Below, one piece after another: positions 19,668 through 29,713 of a DNA stretch of 64,000 nt (position 1 is the first letter of the stretch; the number at the start of each line of letters is the position of its first letter). A program made the translations under genes and the position numbers. Source of the DNA: a virus (taxonomy: Duplodnaviria; Caudoviricetes); IMG/VR virus record IMGVR_UViG_3300048861_000178, positions 251,191 to 315,190 of that record; one strand, written 5' to 3'. The notes beneath the pieces are model-generated. The model was not told the origin of the DNA. It searched no databases and saw nothing but the letters and a program-made list of their open reading frames with translations.

Positions 19668-20909
19668 TTATGCAGCGGCGCTCTGGGAGTAATACCGCAT
19701 CGAATACGCGCGTGCGATCAAGTACAGCAGTATCCCGGTGCGTACCGCCGCAATCACACTGGAGTTCTTATTGTTGGTCGCGAGCTTCACGATCTTTTCT
19801 GCTTTCTCCCGCAGCGAGAACAGAGCAGGGTCCGTGGACCGCGAACTCATGTACACACCGCGCAAGCGTGTGAGTAGGCTGGCCAAGTCCGTAGAATTCC
19901 TCACCAAGTTCCGATTCTCCGCGAGGTAGTCAAAACTGTGGATCAGGGTTTCGTTGAGCAGCTCTTCGATCATACTCGCGCCGGACTGGCGGTAATTGTC
20001 CGACATCCATTCGAGCGATTCGCGAAAAAGACGCGGCGGCATCGTCTTCATCTGCTTCTCAATCACGGTGAGCAGCTCTTCGCGAATGAAGGAGTTCCGG
20101 TCGGTGATGATCGAATTGATATACCTGGTGTAAGCCAGGAGGTTTTTCGACTTGTCCTTCAAGATCTCGACCCCGTCGTGTTCTACGAGAGAACTCGTCG
20201 AGCTGATCTTGATACCCTGCCGATGCACTTGCAAGAAGACGTCGTAAATGTTTTTCAACATGTCACGAATCCGGCCTTGCGTGTCATTGAGCAAATAGAT
20301 GACGGCGCTATCGGGGTCCATCAGTTCGATGGCTTTGCGGTGAAGACCGGTCGGGCTGATCACTTCTTCAGCGCGGGCATTGAGCACTGCGGCCCAAGAG
20401 CCGTACTGTTTGATAGCGTACTTAAACGTGAGAGCTGCGTAGGTAGCCTCTGCAGTTGCACGATCCGCCGGGTACTTAAAGTGCCGGTACAGACGGGATG
20501 TGAGAAACTTGTATTGCATCACCAGCACGACATCCAACATCGCCTGGTGGCGCTGAGCATCGCTCAGTTTTTTGCTGTGCAGGAGCGCGTGCAGCAGCCA
20601 CGCACACGAGAGGTTCATCGTATCCGAGGACACGTTAAAATTCTCGTTCACGGTGGGCAAAGCGAGAAGGCGAGCTTCTAGCGCATCTTCATCGGCCTGA
20701 ACGATCTCTGTAAACCAGTGGTCCCGATCAGCGTCGGTAAAACGCACCACTTGCACACCAGTCAGGTTCCCGCCAAAGAACTCGATGTGGTCCTGGTTTT
20801 TGTGGGCGAAACCGACAGTATACAAATGGATGCGTTTGGCCAGTTGCGCGTCCAAAGCAAGGTGGGCACACTCACTTTCAAACACGCCCTTGATAGAAAC
20901 GTCTACCAT
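19668..20909 (-). CDS. Conserved jumbo-phage virion protein (phiKZ gp32-like by position)
   Basis: 413 aa, GAGGA RBS, FFGGNLTGV motif. Confidence 0.6.
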   Translation of the reverse strand: MVDVSIKGVFESECAHLALDAQLAKRIHLYTVGFAHKNQDHIEFFGGNLTGVQVVRFTDADRDHWFTEIVQADEDALEARLLALPTVNENFNVSSDTMNLSCAWLLHALLHSKKLSDAQRHQAMLDVVLVMQYKFLTSRLYRHFKYPADRATAEATYAALTFKYAIKQYGSWAAVLNARAEEVISPTGLHRKAIELMDPDSAVIYLLNDTQGRIRDMLKNIYDVFLQVHRQGIKISSTSSLVEHDGVEILKDKSKNLLAYTRYINSIITDRNSFIREELLTVIEKQMKTMPPRLFRESLEWMSDNYRQSGASMIEELLNETLIHSFDYLAENRNLVRNSTDLASLLTRLRGVYMSSRSTDPALFSLREKAEKIVKLATNNKNSSVIAAVRTGILLYLIARAYSMRYYSQSAAA

Positions 20910-20955
20910 TTAGCATCCTCTCAGATAGGGCAACGATACACAGAATTAGGATCAA

Positions 20956-20984
20956 CGGCATAAAGGCGGGGCCGAAGCCCCGCC
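20956..20984 (-). terminator. Hairpin followed by TATGCCG (minus strand)
   Basis: CGGCATAAA then GGCGGGGC-CGAA-GCCCCGCC on the plus strand. Confidence 0.65.
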
Positions 20985-21012
20985 GTTTACACCATCCGTT
21001 CCAGGGATGAGA

Positions 21013-22089
21013 TTACTTACGTGCGCGCACGCGTTGGCGCGGTACCAACGTGACGAGACGAACACGGAAGCTTTCAAGCGCGGCGTCGCCGTTGGCTACA
21101 GGGACCGTCGGGTCTTCGCCGTTAGCCTGGTTCTGCGGCACTTCGCCTTCCTTCTTGGGGGCAGGGACCTTATCGTCACCCGCGCCGATCGCAGCTTGCG
21201 CTTCGGGGCTCAACGCACCCGGATCGTTCGGCAAGGCCGAGACCGGTTGCACGACTGGCTGACCCGTGTCGGTATTGCCTTCTTCCAACGCGGGCGCCAC
21301 GCCCGTGTCTTCACCGGCCGGAACTTCAGCGGCAGCCGCGGCTTCTTCAGCAGCGATCTTCGCGATCTCGACCACGCGCGAGGTGATCGACGGATCTTGC
21401 GGGCACGGATTGGTGGCCGGGTCGCCTGCAACGCCTTCACCGCCCTGTTGGGCCGTCACGTCGCCAGCTGTGCCCACGCCGTCCGCACCATCGTTGCCGC
21501 CGTTGCCGAGGTCGGTTTCCGGATTCACGACGCCTTCGACGAATTCTTCGAACGAACGATAGAACTTGCCACCCAGACGCTTGGTCAGGGCTTCCATCGC
21601 TTCAGACAGATATTCGACTTCTTCCTGGGGTGCGCCACCCAGACCGTTGACCGAAGGCAACGTGCCATCGACCACCACCACGAATTCCTTCGGACGGCTT
21701 TCGCTGTCTTCGTTCATCAGTGCGTCGGCCACGTCGACCACGTCAGCGTCGGTGATGTCGGCCTTGGCCACACCGTAGACTTGCAGGTCAGCGCCTTGCG
21801 CACCGGGTGCGCCGATTTCGCCGTTGACTTCGCTCACCGGCTGCACCGACTGCTGTTGGTTGTTGCTGATGGATTCGACGATCTTTTGCATGACCGTCAC
21901 GTCTTGTGCTTGCGACTCGGTCGCCACTACGCCCTCACCTTGGCTCGGCTCTTTGGCATAGGCCACGTCGAGTGCCTTGGTGAAGATCTCGGACAGCGGA
22001 CCACTCATCACGATGGTCGGCTCGTTAGGACGCGAGGTCATCTCGACCGTCTCGCCTTCCAGCGCCATTCGGAACATGCTCTTGCTCAT
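21013..22089 (-). CDS. Acidic, partly disordered head protein with several AxE protease sites
   Basis: ATG 22089 after AAGGA; ALE three times plus ATE and AME motifs. Confidence 0.6.
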   Translation of the reverse strand: MSKSMFRMALEGETVEMTSRPNEPTIVMSGPLSEIFTKALDVAYAKEPSQGEGVVATESQAQDVTVMQKIVESISNNQQQSVQPVSEVNGEIGAPGAQGADLQVYGVAKADITDADVVDVADALMNEDSESRPKEFVVVVDGTLPSVNGLGGAPQEEVEYLSEAMEALTKRLGGKFYRSFEEFVEGVVNPETDLGNGGNDGADGVGTAGDVTAQQGGEGVAGDPATNPCPQDPSITSRVVEIAKIAAEEAAAAAEVPAGEDTGVAPALEEGNTDTGQPVVQPVSALPNDPGALSPEAQAAIGAGDDKVPAPKKEGEVPQNQANGEDPTVPVANGDAALESFRVRLVTLVPRQRVRARK

Positions 22090-22707
22090 GGGTTCTTTCC
22101 TTAGGGAGTAGGAACGGAATTGGAGATTCACAGTATTGCTATCTACAGGATAAAAGATCCTGCTGCGCGCGGTGCATAACAAGATAGGGGAACACGATAA
22201 AAAGCCGCCGCCCGCCGCGCCCCTAAGAATGGTTTGCAACGCTGGGCGGGTTTTCGACCATGCGGTGTCATTCATTAACAATACCATCCAATACCTATCC
22301 AAACATCTCTGTCGCTGCGCTCGTGCTTTTCTTCCTTTCCCCTCAGGGCTCGCTCGAGCCCTCACTCTCTAGGTTGACAAACCCCGGTCTAAACTTTTTA
22401 AAAAGGGGGAGGGGGACTAAGCCCCTCCCCCGATATGTTAATATCGGGTTTAGAAGCTAAGTACTTGATTTATAAGGATAAAGTAAAAAAATACTGTGTA
22501 GGAACTTAGATATGTGTCAAGGAGCGGAGGCGACGCGGAGCGAAGCGGAGGAAGAGAATTAAGCGTAGAGAGGGGCGGAGCCCCTCTCTTTATTATTCCC
22601 TAGAAAGGAATACTCCCTGGAGTCATACTCTGTAAGAATAGAATATTTTATTACAAAGCGATCTTTCTAGCCGGGCAGAGAGCCTGGCGTTTATGCCGTC
22701 GATTCGT

Positions 22708-22745
22708 GGATGCTAGAAATATTCAAACCTATATTCTCCCGTCGA
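22708..22745 (+). promoter_or_regulatory. Early promoter (TATATTCT variant)
   Basis: GGATGCTAGAAATATTCAAACCTATATTCT aligns with the other copies. Confidence 0.6.
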
Positions 22746-22797
22746 GCACAAGCCAGTAGAGACTTGAAGCCAAGACCCTTAACCTCACACAGAGACC

Positions 22798-23067
22798 ATG
22801 ACACATCGCTTTACTAACATCCTCGCTAACTTCAAGGCGATTCACGAGAGCATCGAGCAAGAAGAGCAACGCACCCAACCCCGAGACGGGATGGACTGGG
22901 TGATCCGGGAAGGCACACGCACTAATTGCCGAAGCAACATGTACGCTACTGCACATGGCGTGGGTGGGCCCTGCAACTGTGGGTTTAGTGATCCCCATGC
23001 GTTAGCTCTGGTAGATTCTTTGGGCTGGGATGCAGCCTACCGTGTGTACCTGGAAAACCGCCAGTAA
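22798..23067 (+). CDS. Hypothetical early protein
   Basis: 89 aa between promoter and hairpin; C..H..CNC possible metal site. Confidence 0.65.
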   Translation: MTHRFTNILANFKAIHESIEQEEQRTQPRDGMDWVIREGTRTNCRSNMYATAHGVGGPCNCGFSDPHALALVDSLGWDAAYRVYLENRQ

Positions 23068-23118
23068 GTGGCATACTAGAGGCTTGGGTTACCCCAGGCC
23101 TTTATGCCGGAGTGACGT

Positions 23119-23156
23119 GGATTGAAAAAGATTTCAACCATATATTCTCCGGCTGA
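23119..23156 (+). promoter_or_regulatory. Early promoter (TATATTCT variant)
   Basis: GGATTGAAAAAGATTTCAACCATATATTCT. Confidence 0.6.
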
Positions 23157-23224
23157 GTTAGAGCAAGTAACAAGTTCTAACCACTTCCGTAGTTCAACCT
23201 TCTTCTCAAGCAATCGGAGAAACC

Positions 23225-23488
23225 ATGTCGCAAAACAAGCCCTATCGCTTCGGTAATCTGGCTCACGTCTTTCGCAAGTCTGAAGCGAAGGACTACACGC
23301 CGAAGCGCAGGCAACTCCTGGACATCTACGACATCGAAGAAATGTCAGTGTTCGAGGAGGTTCAGGAAGTCTCGCTGCGCCATGAGCTGAATCTGCCTGC
23401 GCAGTTCGGCCTCGCAGAAGAGACGTCCTTTGGCTACACCGAAGCCTGGTCGAGTGACGCCCTCGATGCCCTCTTCGCAGGTGAGTAA
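23225..23488 (+). CDS. Hypothetical early protein, acidic C-terminus
   Basis: GGAG RBS, 87 aa. Confidence 0.7.
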   Translation: MSQNKPYRFGNLAHVFRKSEAKDYTPKRRQLLDIYDIEEMSVFEEVQEVSLRHELNLPAQFGLAEETSFGYTEAWSSDALDALFAGE

Positions 23489-23566
23489 CCGGTAGTACCC
23501 GCGGGGGAGAGAAGACGCTCCCCCGTGTTTGAAAACCCCCCTACATTTAAACAAGGAAGCAAAGCC

Positions 23567-23989
23567 ATGTTCACGATCAATCTCAATATCGCCTCGTCCA
23601 ACACCATTCGCGCGATGGTGCGCTACTCGATCGAAGAAGATACGCTGCTCGGTCATGAAAGCCGTACCTGGACGCAGGAAGAAAACATCGTGCTTAAGCC
23701 GGGTACCATTCTCGGTAAAACGGAAGTCACGCCGTCGATCCACGGCCAGAAGATCACCACGATGGTGGTTGAAGGTCTGGATGGCCTGGGCCTGAATCTG
23801 ACGACTGATACGTCAGAACGTGCGTCCATCTTCGGCACCCACAGCACGACCGTGGTGCGCATCCAGTCGAGCATCGAATCCATGCTGGGTACGCCGCGTG
23901 TGTCGCGCCCGCTGCCGGGCCGCCAGGTGGATGAAGTGCGTATCTCCGTGCGTGCTACGGCGCGCCCGCGTGCGCGCTTCGGCTTCTAA
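23567..23989 (+). CDS. Hypothetical early protein
   Basis: AAACAAGGA RBS before ATG 23567. Confidence 0.7.
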   Translation: MFTINLNIASSNTIRAMVRYSIEEDTLLGHESRTWTQEENIVLKPGTILGKTEVTPSIHGQKITTMVVEGLDGLGLNLTTDTSERASIFGTHSTTVVRIQSSIESMLGTPRVSRPLPGRQVDEVRISVRATARPRARFGF

Positions 23990-24094
23990 GGCAAGTAACA
24001 CAACGACATAGCGGCTAGGGGGCAACCCCTAGCCAGTGTGCCGTTAAATAATCTCAGTTTTTACATCCCTCTTTTCATCTCTTGGAGTACGACC

Positions 24095-24277
24095 ATGATC
24101 GATCACGCTAACAAAGAATACCTCGTTAATAGCCAGAAGCTGGTGAACCAAGTGAAGACCGGTGCGTTTATCGTCCTGTGCCTCATGACCTTCGGTGGCG
24201 TGCTTGCCACGACCTGCGAAATGGGCCACACGATGCAAATGGAACGCATCGCTGAGATCCAGTCCCACAGTCACTAA
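24095..24277 (+). CDS. Small single-pass membrane protein
   Basis: GGAG RBS; hydrophobic GAFIVLCLMTFGGVLA. Confidence 0.6.
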   Translation: MIDHANKEYLVNSQKLVNQVKTGAFIVLCLMTFGGVLATTCEMGHTMQMERIAEIQSHSH

Positions 24278-24288
24278 GGAGTTTCTCG

Positions 24289-24615
24289 ATGTACGGTACG
24301 TCTATCGTGAGCCACTTGCTCACCTTGCGCTATCAAGACGCGCAGCATTCGCCCGTTGCCGCCACGATCAATGAGCTGAAGAAATCGCTGCATCGTTACG
24401 TGTTGCCCGAAGGCCCTCACAGCAAACGTAAGCTCATCGCGTTGCCGAACCAGACGTTCCTGTCGGAGCTCTTTGGTTTCACTTTGCCGCAAGCAGGTGC
24501 AACGCAACACCCGGTGTTGGGCAACCTCGAGTGGCAAGACCGCTGGTTGATCTTTGACCAGTTCAATATCACGATCGGCGCCGCAAGCGTTAATCTGCTC
24601 GACGTACCGCAGTAA
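24289..24615 (+). CDS. Hypothetical protein
   Basis: AAGGAG RBS, 108 aa. Confidence 0.7.
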   Translation: MYGTSIVSHLLTLRYQDAQHSPVAATINELKKSLHRYVLPEGPHSKRKLIALPNQTFLSELFGFTLPQAGATQHPVLGNLEWQDRWLIFDQFNITIGAASVNLLDVPQ

Positions 24616-24650
24616 GTCGTTCACCCCTACCGAAACTAAGGAGAGCCAAA

Positions 24651-25184
24651 ATGGCCCAGCAACAATTGGAAACGCCCGTCGAGTTCTACCTGAGAGAAAG
24701 CAAGCACTTTCTCGAGAACGAACAGATCGACCAGCGTATCAAATCGAAGTTCAAGATGTTCGTCGGTGCGGATCACGACCTCACCAAGACCGTCTATGCA
24801 GAACAAGTTCGCACGGCCTTGCGCGCCATCGCCGAGGTGATCACTGTCTCGGCCCAAGCAGGCATCAAGCCCGCCATGATGCGCCGCATGAAAGCTTATA
24901 CGGTGGTGGTCGATAACTTGCGTGGCTTCATGCAAGATGTCGCCATGCTGAAGCTGGGCGCCGATGTGAACTACGCATTCGCCTTGGAGCGCGGTTTCGA
25001 AGAGTTGCTTGCCCATGAATGCAAGGCACTGCATGACGAAGGTAAGGTGGGTTGCAAGATCCGCTTTGTGCGTCCTCGCGATCTTCGCTACGACGGCCAG
25101 TATTCGCTCTATGAACGCATCACGGTGCGCTTTGATGGCCAGTTCGAAGTCTCGTTTATCGACGGGGCGCGTTATGGCGCGTAA
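24651..25184 (+). CDS. Hypothetical protein
   Basis: AAGGAG RBS, 177 aa. Confidence 0.75.
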   Translation: MAQQQLETPVEFYLRESKHFLENEQIDQRIKSKFKMFVGADHDLTKTVYAEQVRTALRAIAEVITVSAQAGIKPAMMRRMKAYTVVVDNLRGFMQDVAMLKLGADVNYAFALERGFEELLAHECKALHDEGKVGCKIRFVRPRDLRYDGQYSLYERITVRFDGQFEVSFIDGARYGA

Positions 25185-25371
25185 TAAAGAGCTGCTGGTT
25201 AAAGAGATCAAGAACGATCTCGCCCAAGCCCTGCATGTCTTGGAATCTGCCGATGTGAAGGAATTGACGTTCGGCGAAATCAAGACGGCGGCGGCCTCTG
25301 CTACGCAAGCCGCTACTGCACTGCATCGTCTGGCTGGTATGCTGGACGTCGAAGCGGATTTCCCGCGCTAA
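25174..25371 (+). CDS. Small helical hypothetical protein
   Basis: ATG overlaps the end of the previous gene; followed by a terminator. Confidence 0.6.
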   Translation: MARNKELLVKEIKNDLAQALHVLESADVKELTFGEIKTAAASATQAATALHRLAGMLDVEADFPR

Positions 25372-25409
25372 TTGAAAACTCCCTTGCCCCTCGCCTGAGG
25401 GGTGAGTTC

Positions 25410-25440
25410 AAGAGGGGCTTCGGCTCCTCTTTTTTTTTTT
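25410..25440 (+). terminator. Canonical intrinsic terminator
   Basis: AAGAGGGGC-TTCG-GCTCCTCTT plus long T run. Confidence 0.85.
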
Positions 25441-25745
25441 GTCTGTTTGGAGGCCACTTGGCTAAAAAGAATGAAGTCGGCGTGGTCTATTTGCCCCACG
25501 GTCACATCGGGGCGTTCTTCAATAAGAACTGTCTCTTTAATCTGCATGCACTCAATCCCGAGATGATGAGGCATGAAGAAATAGACCCAGAACCTGCTAA
25601 GTGGCCAGGTTATATCGCACCGGAACCCACCCCATCGAAACAAAAATGACGTGATGCTTTTTTGGTATGTCGGGATACCTAAATTACATGAGAGGGGGAC
25701 AAGAGACCCTTCTTATTTTCCCAACCTACCCGCGTGAGAACTAGC

Positions 25746-26018
25746 ATGCCTAACGCGCGCTTTACCGAAGCCGAGCTTCAGGCTATCCTGAATAAGCTCA
25801 AGATTTCCTTGCACGGTGCGATCCGGGAATGCAAGGCGTTGACCTCCAACATCGGGCAACTCGTGCGCCTCGCTCAGATCGAGCAAACGCTCAAGCAGCC
25901 CGAGGCAGTGGGTGGCGACACTGTCCACCAACTCAACACGTACCAGACGATGCTCAACGAGGTGAAAGCCTTTATCAAGGCGATCGAAGAAGGTAGTGCT
26001 ACTGCACTTGCTGCATAA
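25746..26018 (+). CDS. Hypothetical helical protein
   Basis: 90 aa from ATG 25746. Confidence 0.6.
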   Translation: MPNARFTEAELQAILNKLKISLHGAIRECKALTSNIGQLVRLAQIEQTLKQPEAVGGDTVHQLNTYQTMLNEVKAFIKAIEEGSATALAA

Positions 26019-26026
26019 GGCCGACG

Positions 26027-26293
26027 ATGTACTCTATCCCCTTAACCCGCGAGAATCAACCGCCTGCTTTTTGGACGGAAGAACGTCAGCGGTGCAGTGA
26101 CATGTACGTGGCGACAAAACGAGAACGTAAGCGCGTTGAACGCGAGCACACGCAAATGTTGCTCGACATGAATTCCGCTTACGCCCTGGCTTCGGCTTAC
26201 TTTCGCTCGGGGGTTGTGCTGCGAAGGATTAATCTCTTCTCGCTTGCGATTGACCAGTTCGATCGCGCGTACCAGTTGTTAGTCCTCTTTTAA
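26027..26293 (+). CDS. Hypothetical protein
   Basis: 88 aa, TAAGG RBS, closely follows the previous gene. Confidence 0.55.
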   Translation: MYSIPLTRENQPPAFWTEERQRCSDMYVATKRERKRVEREHTQMLLDMNSAYALASAYFRSGVVLRRINLFSLAIDQFDRAYQLLVLF

Positions 26294-26350
26294 TAAACAC
26301 CAGGGTGACGTCAGGTTCGCCCAAGTACCACACAGACCACTGAACTTCTC

Positions 26351-26950
26351 ATGAACCACAAAGCTCTTTCCTTCTTCTTCGCCAACTACGACTTCAAGAA
26401 CTTCGAAGCGACCAACGCAGATGAAGGGTTTATCGAAAACCACATCAATTCGCTCTATAGCGCCGATGAGCAACCTGTCATGCGGCTCGTGCGTCGCACC
26501 GTGCGTGAGCTCTCCTCGCACCCGGCACTGGCCACGGACTTCGTGTTCGACGCAGGCTCTCACCAGGGCATGTACCGGCGCCTGGAAGGCTATCGCGTGA
26601 ATGTCGACGATCAGCTCGTGATGAAGGTCACGATCGAGATGGGTGAAGACGCGGGCACCTACGTGAATGCCAAGGCCATCTATCCGCGACTGGAAAAAGC
26701 CGCCAAGAAGGAATTCGGCAAGCGCTGGCAGAAAGCCGCTGGGATCGACTTCGACTACGCCTCGGCCTTTAGCCAGATGCGCAATCTGGTCAGCCAGCTC
26801 TCCAACAGCTGCGTGTTCAAGGTCGATGAAAACGGCGTGGGCTTCACGCTCACCATCATGCCGCTCACCAAGGGCCTCGTGGACTTCGCTAAGGGCCAGG
26901 AAGCCGCTGCGGGAACCTTCGTGAAGCTCCAGTTGCGCAACGCCGCATAA
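26351..26950 (+). CDS. Hypothetical protein
   Basis: 199 aa with strong codon bias. Confidence 0.75.
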   Translation: MNHKALSFFFANYDFKNFEATNADEGFIENHINSLYSADEQPVMRLVRRTVRELSSHPALATDFVFDAGSHQGMYRRLEGYRVNVDDQLVMKVTIEMGEDAGTYVNAKAIYPRLEKAAKKEFGKRWQKAAGIDFDYASAFSQMRNLVSQLSNSCVFKVDENGVGFTLTIMPLTKGLVDFAKGQEAAAGTFVKLQLRNAA

Positions 26951-27000
26951 GCCGCTACAGCGGCATACGGGCAGCCCCAGGGCTGCCCACTATGACCGTG

Positions 27001-27804
27001 TTACCGGTAGCCGCCAATCAAACTGCGCACAAAGCGGTTGAACGTCTCATTGTCGTTCATGTACGCCACCTTCTGCCAGGTGGTAGCCAGGAACTCCTGA
27101 TATTGTTCTTCGGCGTCCTTGTACTCCTCGACGATTTCCTTGAACTTACCGATTTCCTGACCACCGCGGATCTTGCCGATGTCCATCTCGATGACTTGGT
27201 CATTGTAGATGTAGGCTTTCACCGCGAGCTCCACCAGCCGACAGAAAGGCCGATAGCTGCGCATCTGGATATGCGACATGTTCTCGTCGTTAGCCAGAAT
27301 ACAACGCAGATACACGTCCGGTGGCAGCACGATGGTATCGCGCACCATGATGGTGTTTTCCCCGATCAACTGCACGCGATGGGTGGAGGTCACGGGCAAC
27401 GCACCGTAAGCATCCATCACGGCCTGACCGGCTTGCAGCATCGTGGTGTTCTGCGCGCCTGCGGCAATCCCGTAGCTCGAGACTTTCGTCGGGTCAGCGA
27501 ACGTGATGTTCAGCACTGACAGAATCGAGCGACCCTGCGTCTTGGTCTTGGGGATGCGATACACCGACGTGTAGTCGTTCATGCGTTCGTACGGAATATC
27601 ATCCAGATACACAAACGCTTCAGTGCCGCCCACCAGGTTACAGTCCACCAGCACACGGGGGCGCACCACTTGTTCCAAAATACACTCGTCGATCGAGCGC
27701 GGGGCAGTACGCCAACGGGCCGTGCGCTCGACAAACACCTCTTCCAATACACGCCGTGGAATCCTGAACTTCAGATCATCCACAGCTCGGGTGATAGGAT
27801 TCAC
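27001..27804 (-). CDS. Jumbo-phage protein of unknown function
   Basis: 267 aa, GTG start after GGAGG; convergent hairpin at 26960-26998. Confidence 0.7.
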   Translation of the reverse strand: MNPITRAVDDLKFRIPRRVLEEVFVERTARWRTAPRSIDECILEQVVRPRVLVDCNLVGGTEAFVYLDDIPYERMNDYTSVYRIPKTKTQGRSILSVLNITFADPTKVSSYGIAAGAQNTTMLQAGQAVMDAYGALPVTSTHRVQLIGENTIMVRDTIVLPPDVYLRCILANDENMSHIQMRSYRPFCRLVELAVKAYIYNDQVIEMDIGKIRGGQEIGKFKEIVEEYKDAEEQYQEFLATTWQKVAYMNDNETFNRFVRSLIGGYR

Positions 27805-27854
27805 TCTTGGCCTCCGCTAAAAAAGAATCTACATAGGATCGCGTGTTAAAAGTC

Positions 27855-27892
27855 GATTGAAAACAATTTCAGACCTATATTACGTCCTTGAG
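27855..27892 (+). promoter_or_regulatory. Early promoter, TATATTAC type
   Basis: GATTGAAAACAATTTCAGACCTATATTAC. Confidence 0.7.
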
Positions 27893-27949
27893 TTGAAGCA
27901 AGAAGCTTCGACAACCCATTCTATCTCGTCTATTCTCAGGAGCATTACC

Positions 27950-28360
27950 ATGAACAACGTTGCTAACATCAAGGCTTATGCAGCTAATCTGGCTGCTCTT
28001 GTGTACATGAACAAGCACTATGCAATGGATGAAGTGTCCAGCAATGGCGCTACCATCCTGTACCGTGTGAGCCAAAACGCGATGGGTGACTTTATCGTCG
28101 AAGGCTTCCGTGCTTCGATGGCCGATGGCGCTCACAAGAGCTTCAAGGCTGAACTGGAAGCAGGTGTGCTGTGGGCCGGTTCCAAGCGCAAGGTGATGGA
28201 GTACCTGAACGCTAAGGACCGTAACTCGACCGAACTCGTGCCGCTGGAAATGCACTTCCACGAATCGAAGTTCGAAGAGTTCTTCATCGCTGAAGACAAG
28301 CCGATGTCGACTACCATCATCACCGAAGCGGTTATCAACGGTCACCTGGCCGCAGTTTAA
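27950..28360 (+). CDS. Hypothetical early protein
   Basis: AGGAG RBS before ATG 27950; the promoter lies inside the longer ORF-track version. Confidence 0.75.
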   Translation: MNNVANIKAYAANLAALVYMNKHYAMDEVSSNGATILYRVSQNAMGDFIVEGFRASMADGAHKSFKAELEAGVLWAGSKRKVMEYLNAKDRNSTELVPLEMHFHESKFEEFFIAEDKPMSTTIITEAVINGHLAAV

Positions 28361-28443
28361 GGTGCCTGCTTAGTCAGGCATTTTTTACGAGCACATCCCC
28401 TACTATGTAGGAGTGCTTCAATTTGAAAAACTAGGAAAGAAAC

Positions 28444-29448
28444 ATGTCCGAAATCATCGAGAAAGTCAAAGGTCGTATCAGCATCTACGCCGCAGGCGGA
28501 GCTGGCACGAACATTGCGACGCGCTTTGAGAAGTACCGCGGCAAGAGTCAGGCGGGCATGGCGATCGTCGATCCGGTTTACATCGACACCTCCAAGTCCA
28601 ACATACTCAGCGCCGACATCGCAGCCGATGCGGTGTACCACTTCCAGGGCCTCGATGGCGCTGGACAAGTGCGTCGCGAACATGCAGCCGTCGTGAAGGA
28701 ACGTGCCAAGGAAATCCTGCACACGTACAAGCCGGGCAACCTCGCGCTGGTGATGCATTCGGCCTCGGGTGGTTCGGGTTCGGTGATCGGTCCGATCCTC
28801 ACGCAAGAGCTGCTCGCGCGGGACGTGCCGGTGGTCGTGGTCATGGTGGGTGATGCGTCGACGCGTCTGTACGCGGAGAACACGCTCAACACGATCAAGT
28901 CCTACGAAGCCATCGCCAAGGCCGCGGGTGCGCCGATCGTCATCGCGTATTTGCAGAACACGCAAGACACGCCGCGCGCTGCGGTGGACGCTGAAATCGA
29001 AACCGTCGTGGTCGGCCTCGCCGCACTCTTTAGCCGCGAGAACACCGAGCTCGACACGCGTGACCTCTACAACTGGTTGCGCTTCGACAAGGTCACCACC
29101 TTCAAGCAGCCGATGCTCGCCGGTTTGCACATCGTCAAGAACGGCGAATCGCACGCTCACGTGGGCAATGTCATCAGCGTCGCGACGCTGGCGAAAGCGG
29201 GCGCCGATGCAACGCTGCCGTTCATGCCGGAAGTGCGCTTTCTGGGTCTGTTCCCGGCCGACATGCCCGAGAACATCGCCAAGGAATCGCCGGTGCATTA
29301 CATCACGGGCGACCGGGTGATCCACGAAGCCGTGGACAACGTGCAACGGGTGCTCACGCATCTGAGCGAGGAACAGCAATCGCGCGTCGCGCACAAGTCC
29401 ATTTTGGGCGCAGGCGACCGCGCGGATGAAACGGGGCTGATCCTCTAA
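28444..29448 (+). CDS. phuZ: PhuZ phage tubulin
   Basis: GGAGTNI, IDTS, GLDGAG and tubulin signature SASGGSGS; LDTRD T7 loop; acidic-hydrophobic C-tail DETGLIL. Confidence 0.93.
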   Translation: MSEIIEKVKGRISIYAAGGAGTNIATRFEKYRGKSQAGMAIVDPVYIDTSKSNILSADIAADAVYHFQGLDGAGQVRREHAAVVKERAKEILHTYKPGNLALVMHSASGGSGSVIGPILTQELLARDVPVVVVMVGDASTRLYAENTLNTIKSYEAIAKAAGAPIVIAYLQNTQDTPRAAVDAEIETVVVGLAALFSRENTELDTRDLYNWLRFDKVTTFKQPMLAGLHIVKNGESHAHVGNVISVATLAKAGADATLPFMPEVRFLGLFPADMPENIAKESPVHYITGDRVIHEAVDNVQRVLTHLSEEQQSRVAHKSILGAGDRADETGLIL

Positions 29449-29488
29449 CACAACGCAGCAAACACGATAAGGAAAGCAATAAGAACCG

Positions 29489-29713
29489 ATGTTTAGCCAT
29501 GTGAGAAACCTGGCTCGATGGTGGCTGCGGGAGATGAAGTGGCTCTACCATGATTTTTCATGGTTCCCTTCTCTCCAGGCGGCCGCCAATCGCAAAGTTC
29601 ATCGGTCCTCACCCCGGCTGGCGCAAGCTCGGGTGAATAGACATCATGCGCGACGTCCCCAGCTGGGGAAGGCAACGCGGGTTAAGGGTGCCCGTAGTAC
29701 CTTCAGCCATTGA
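29489..29713 (+). CDS. Possible small basic protein
   Basis: 74 aa ORF after phuZ, weak RBS, atypical codon use. Confidence 0.3.
   Translation: MFSHVRNLARWWLREMKWLYHDFSWFPSLQAAANRKVHRSSPRLAQARVNRHHARRPQLGKATRVKGARSTFSH

Noticed and set aside
25458-25649. 63-aa ORF after the terminator
   Set aside because: TTG start and atypical codon use despite a GGAGG upstream; not enough support to list.
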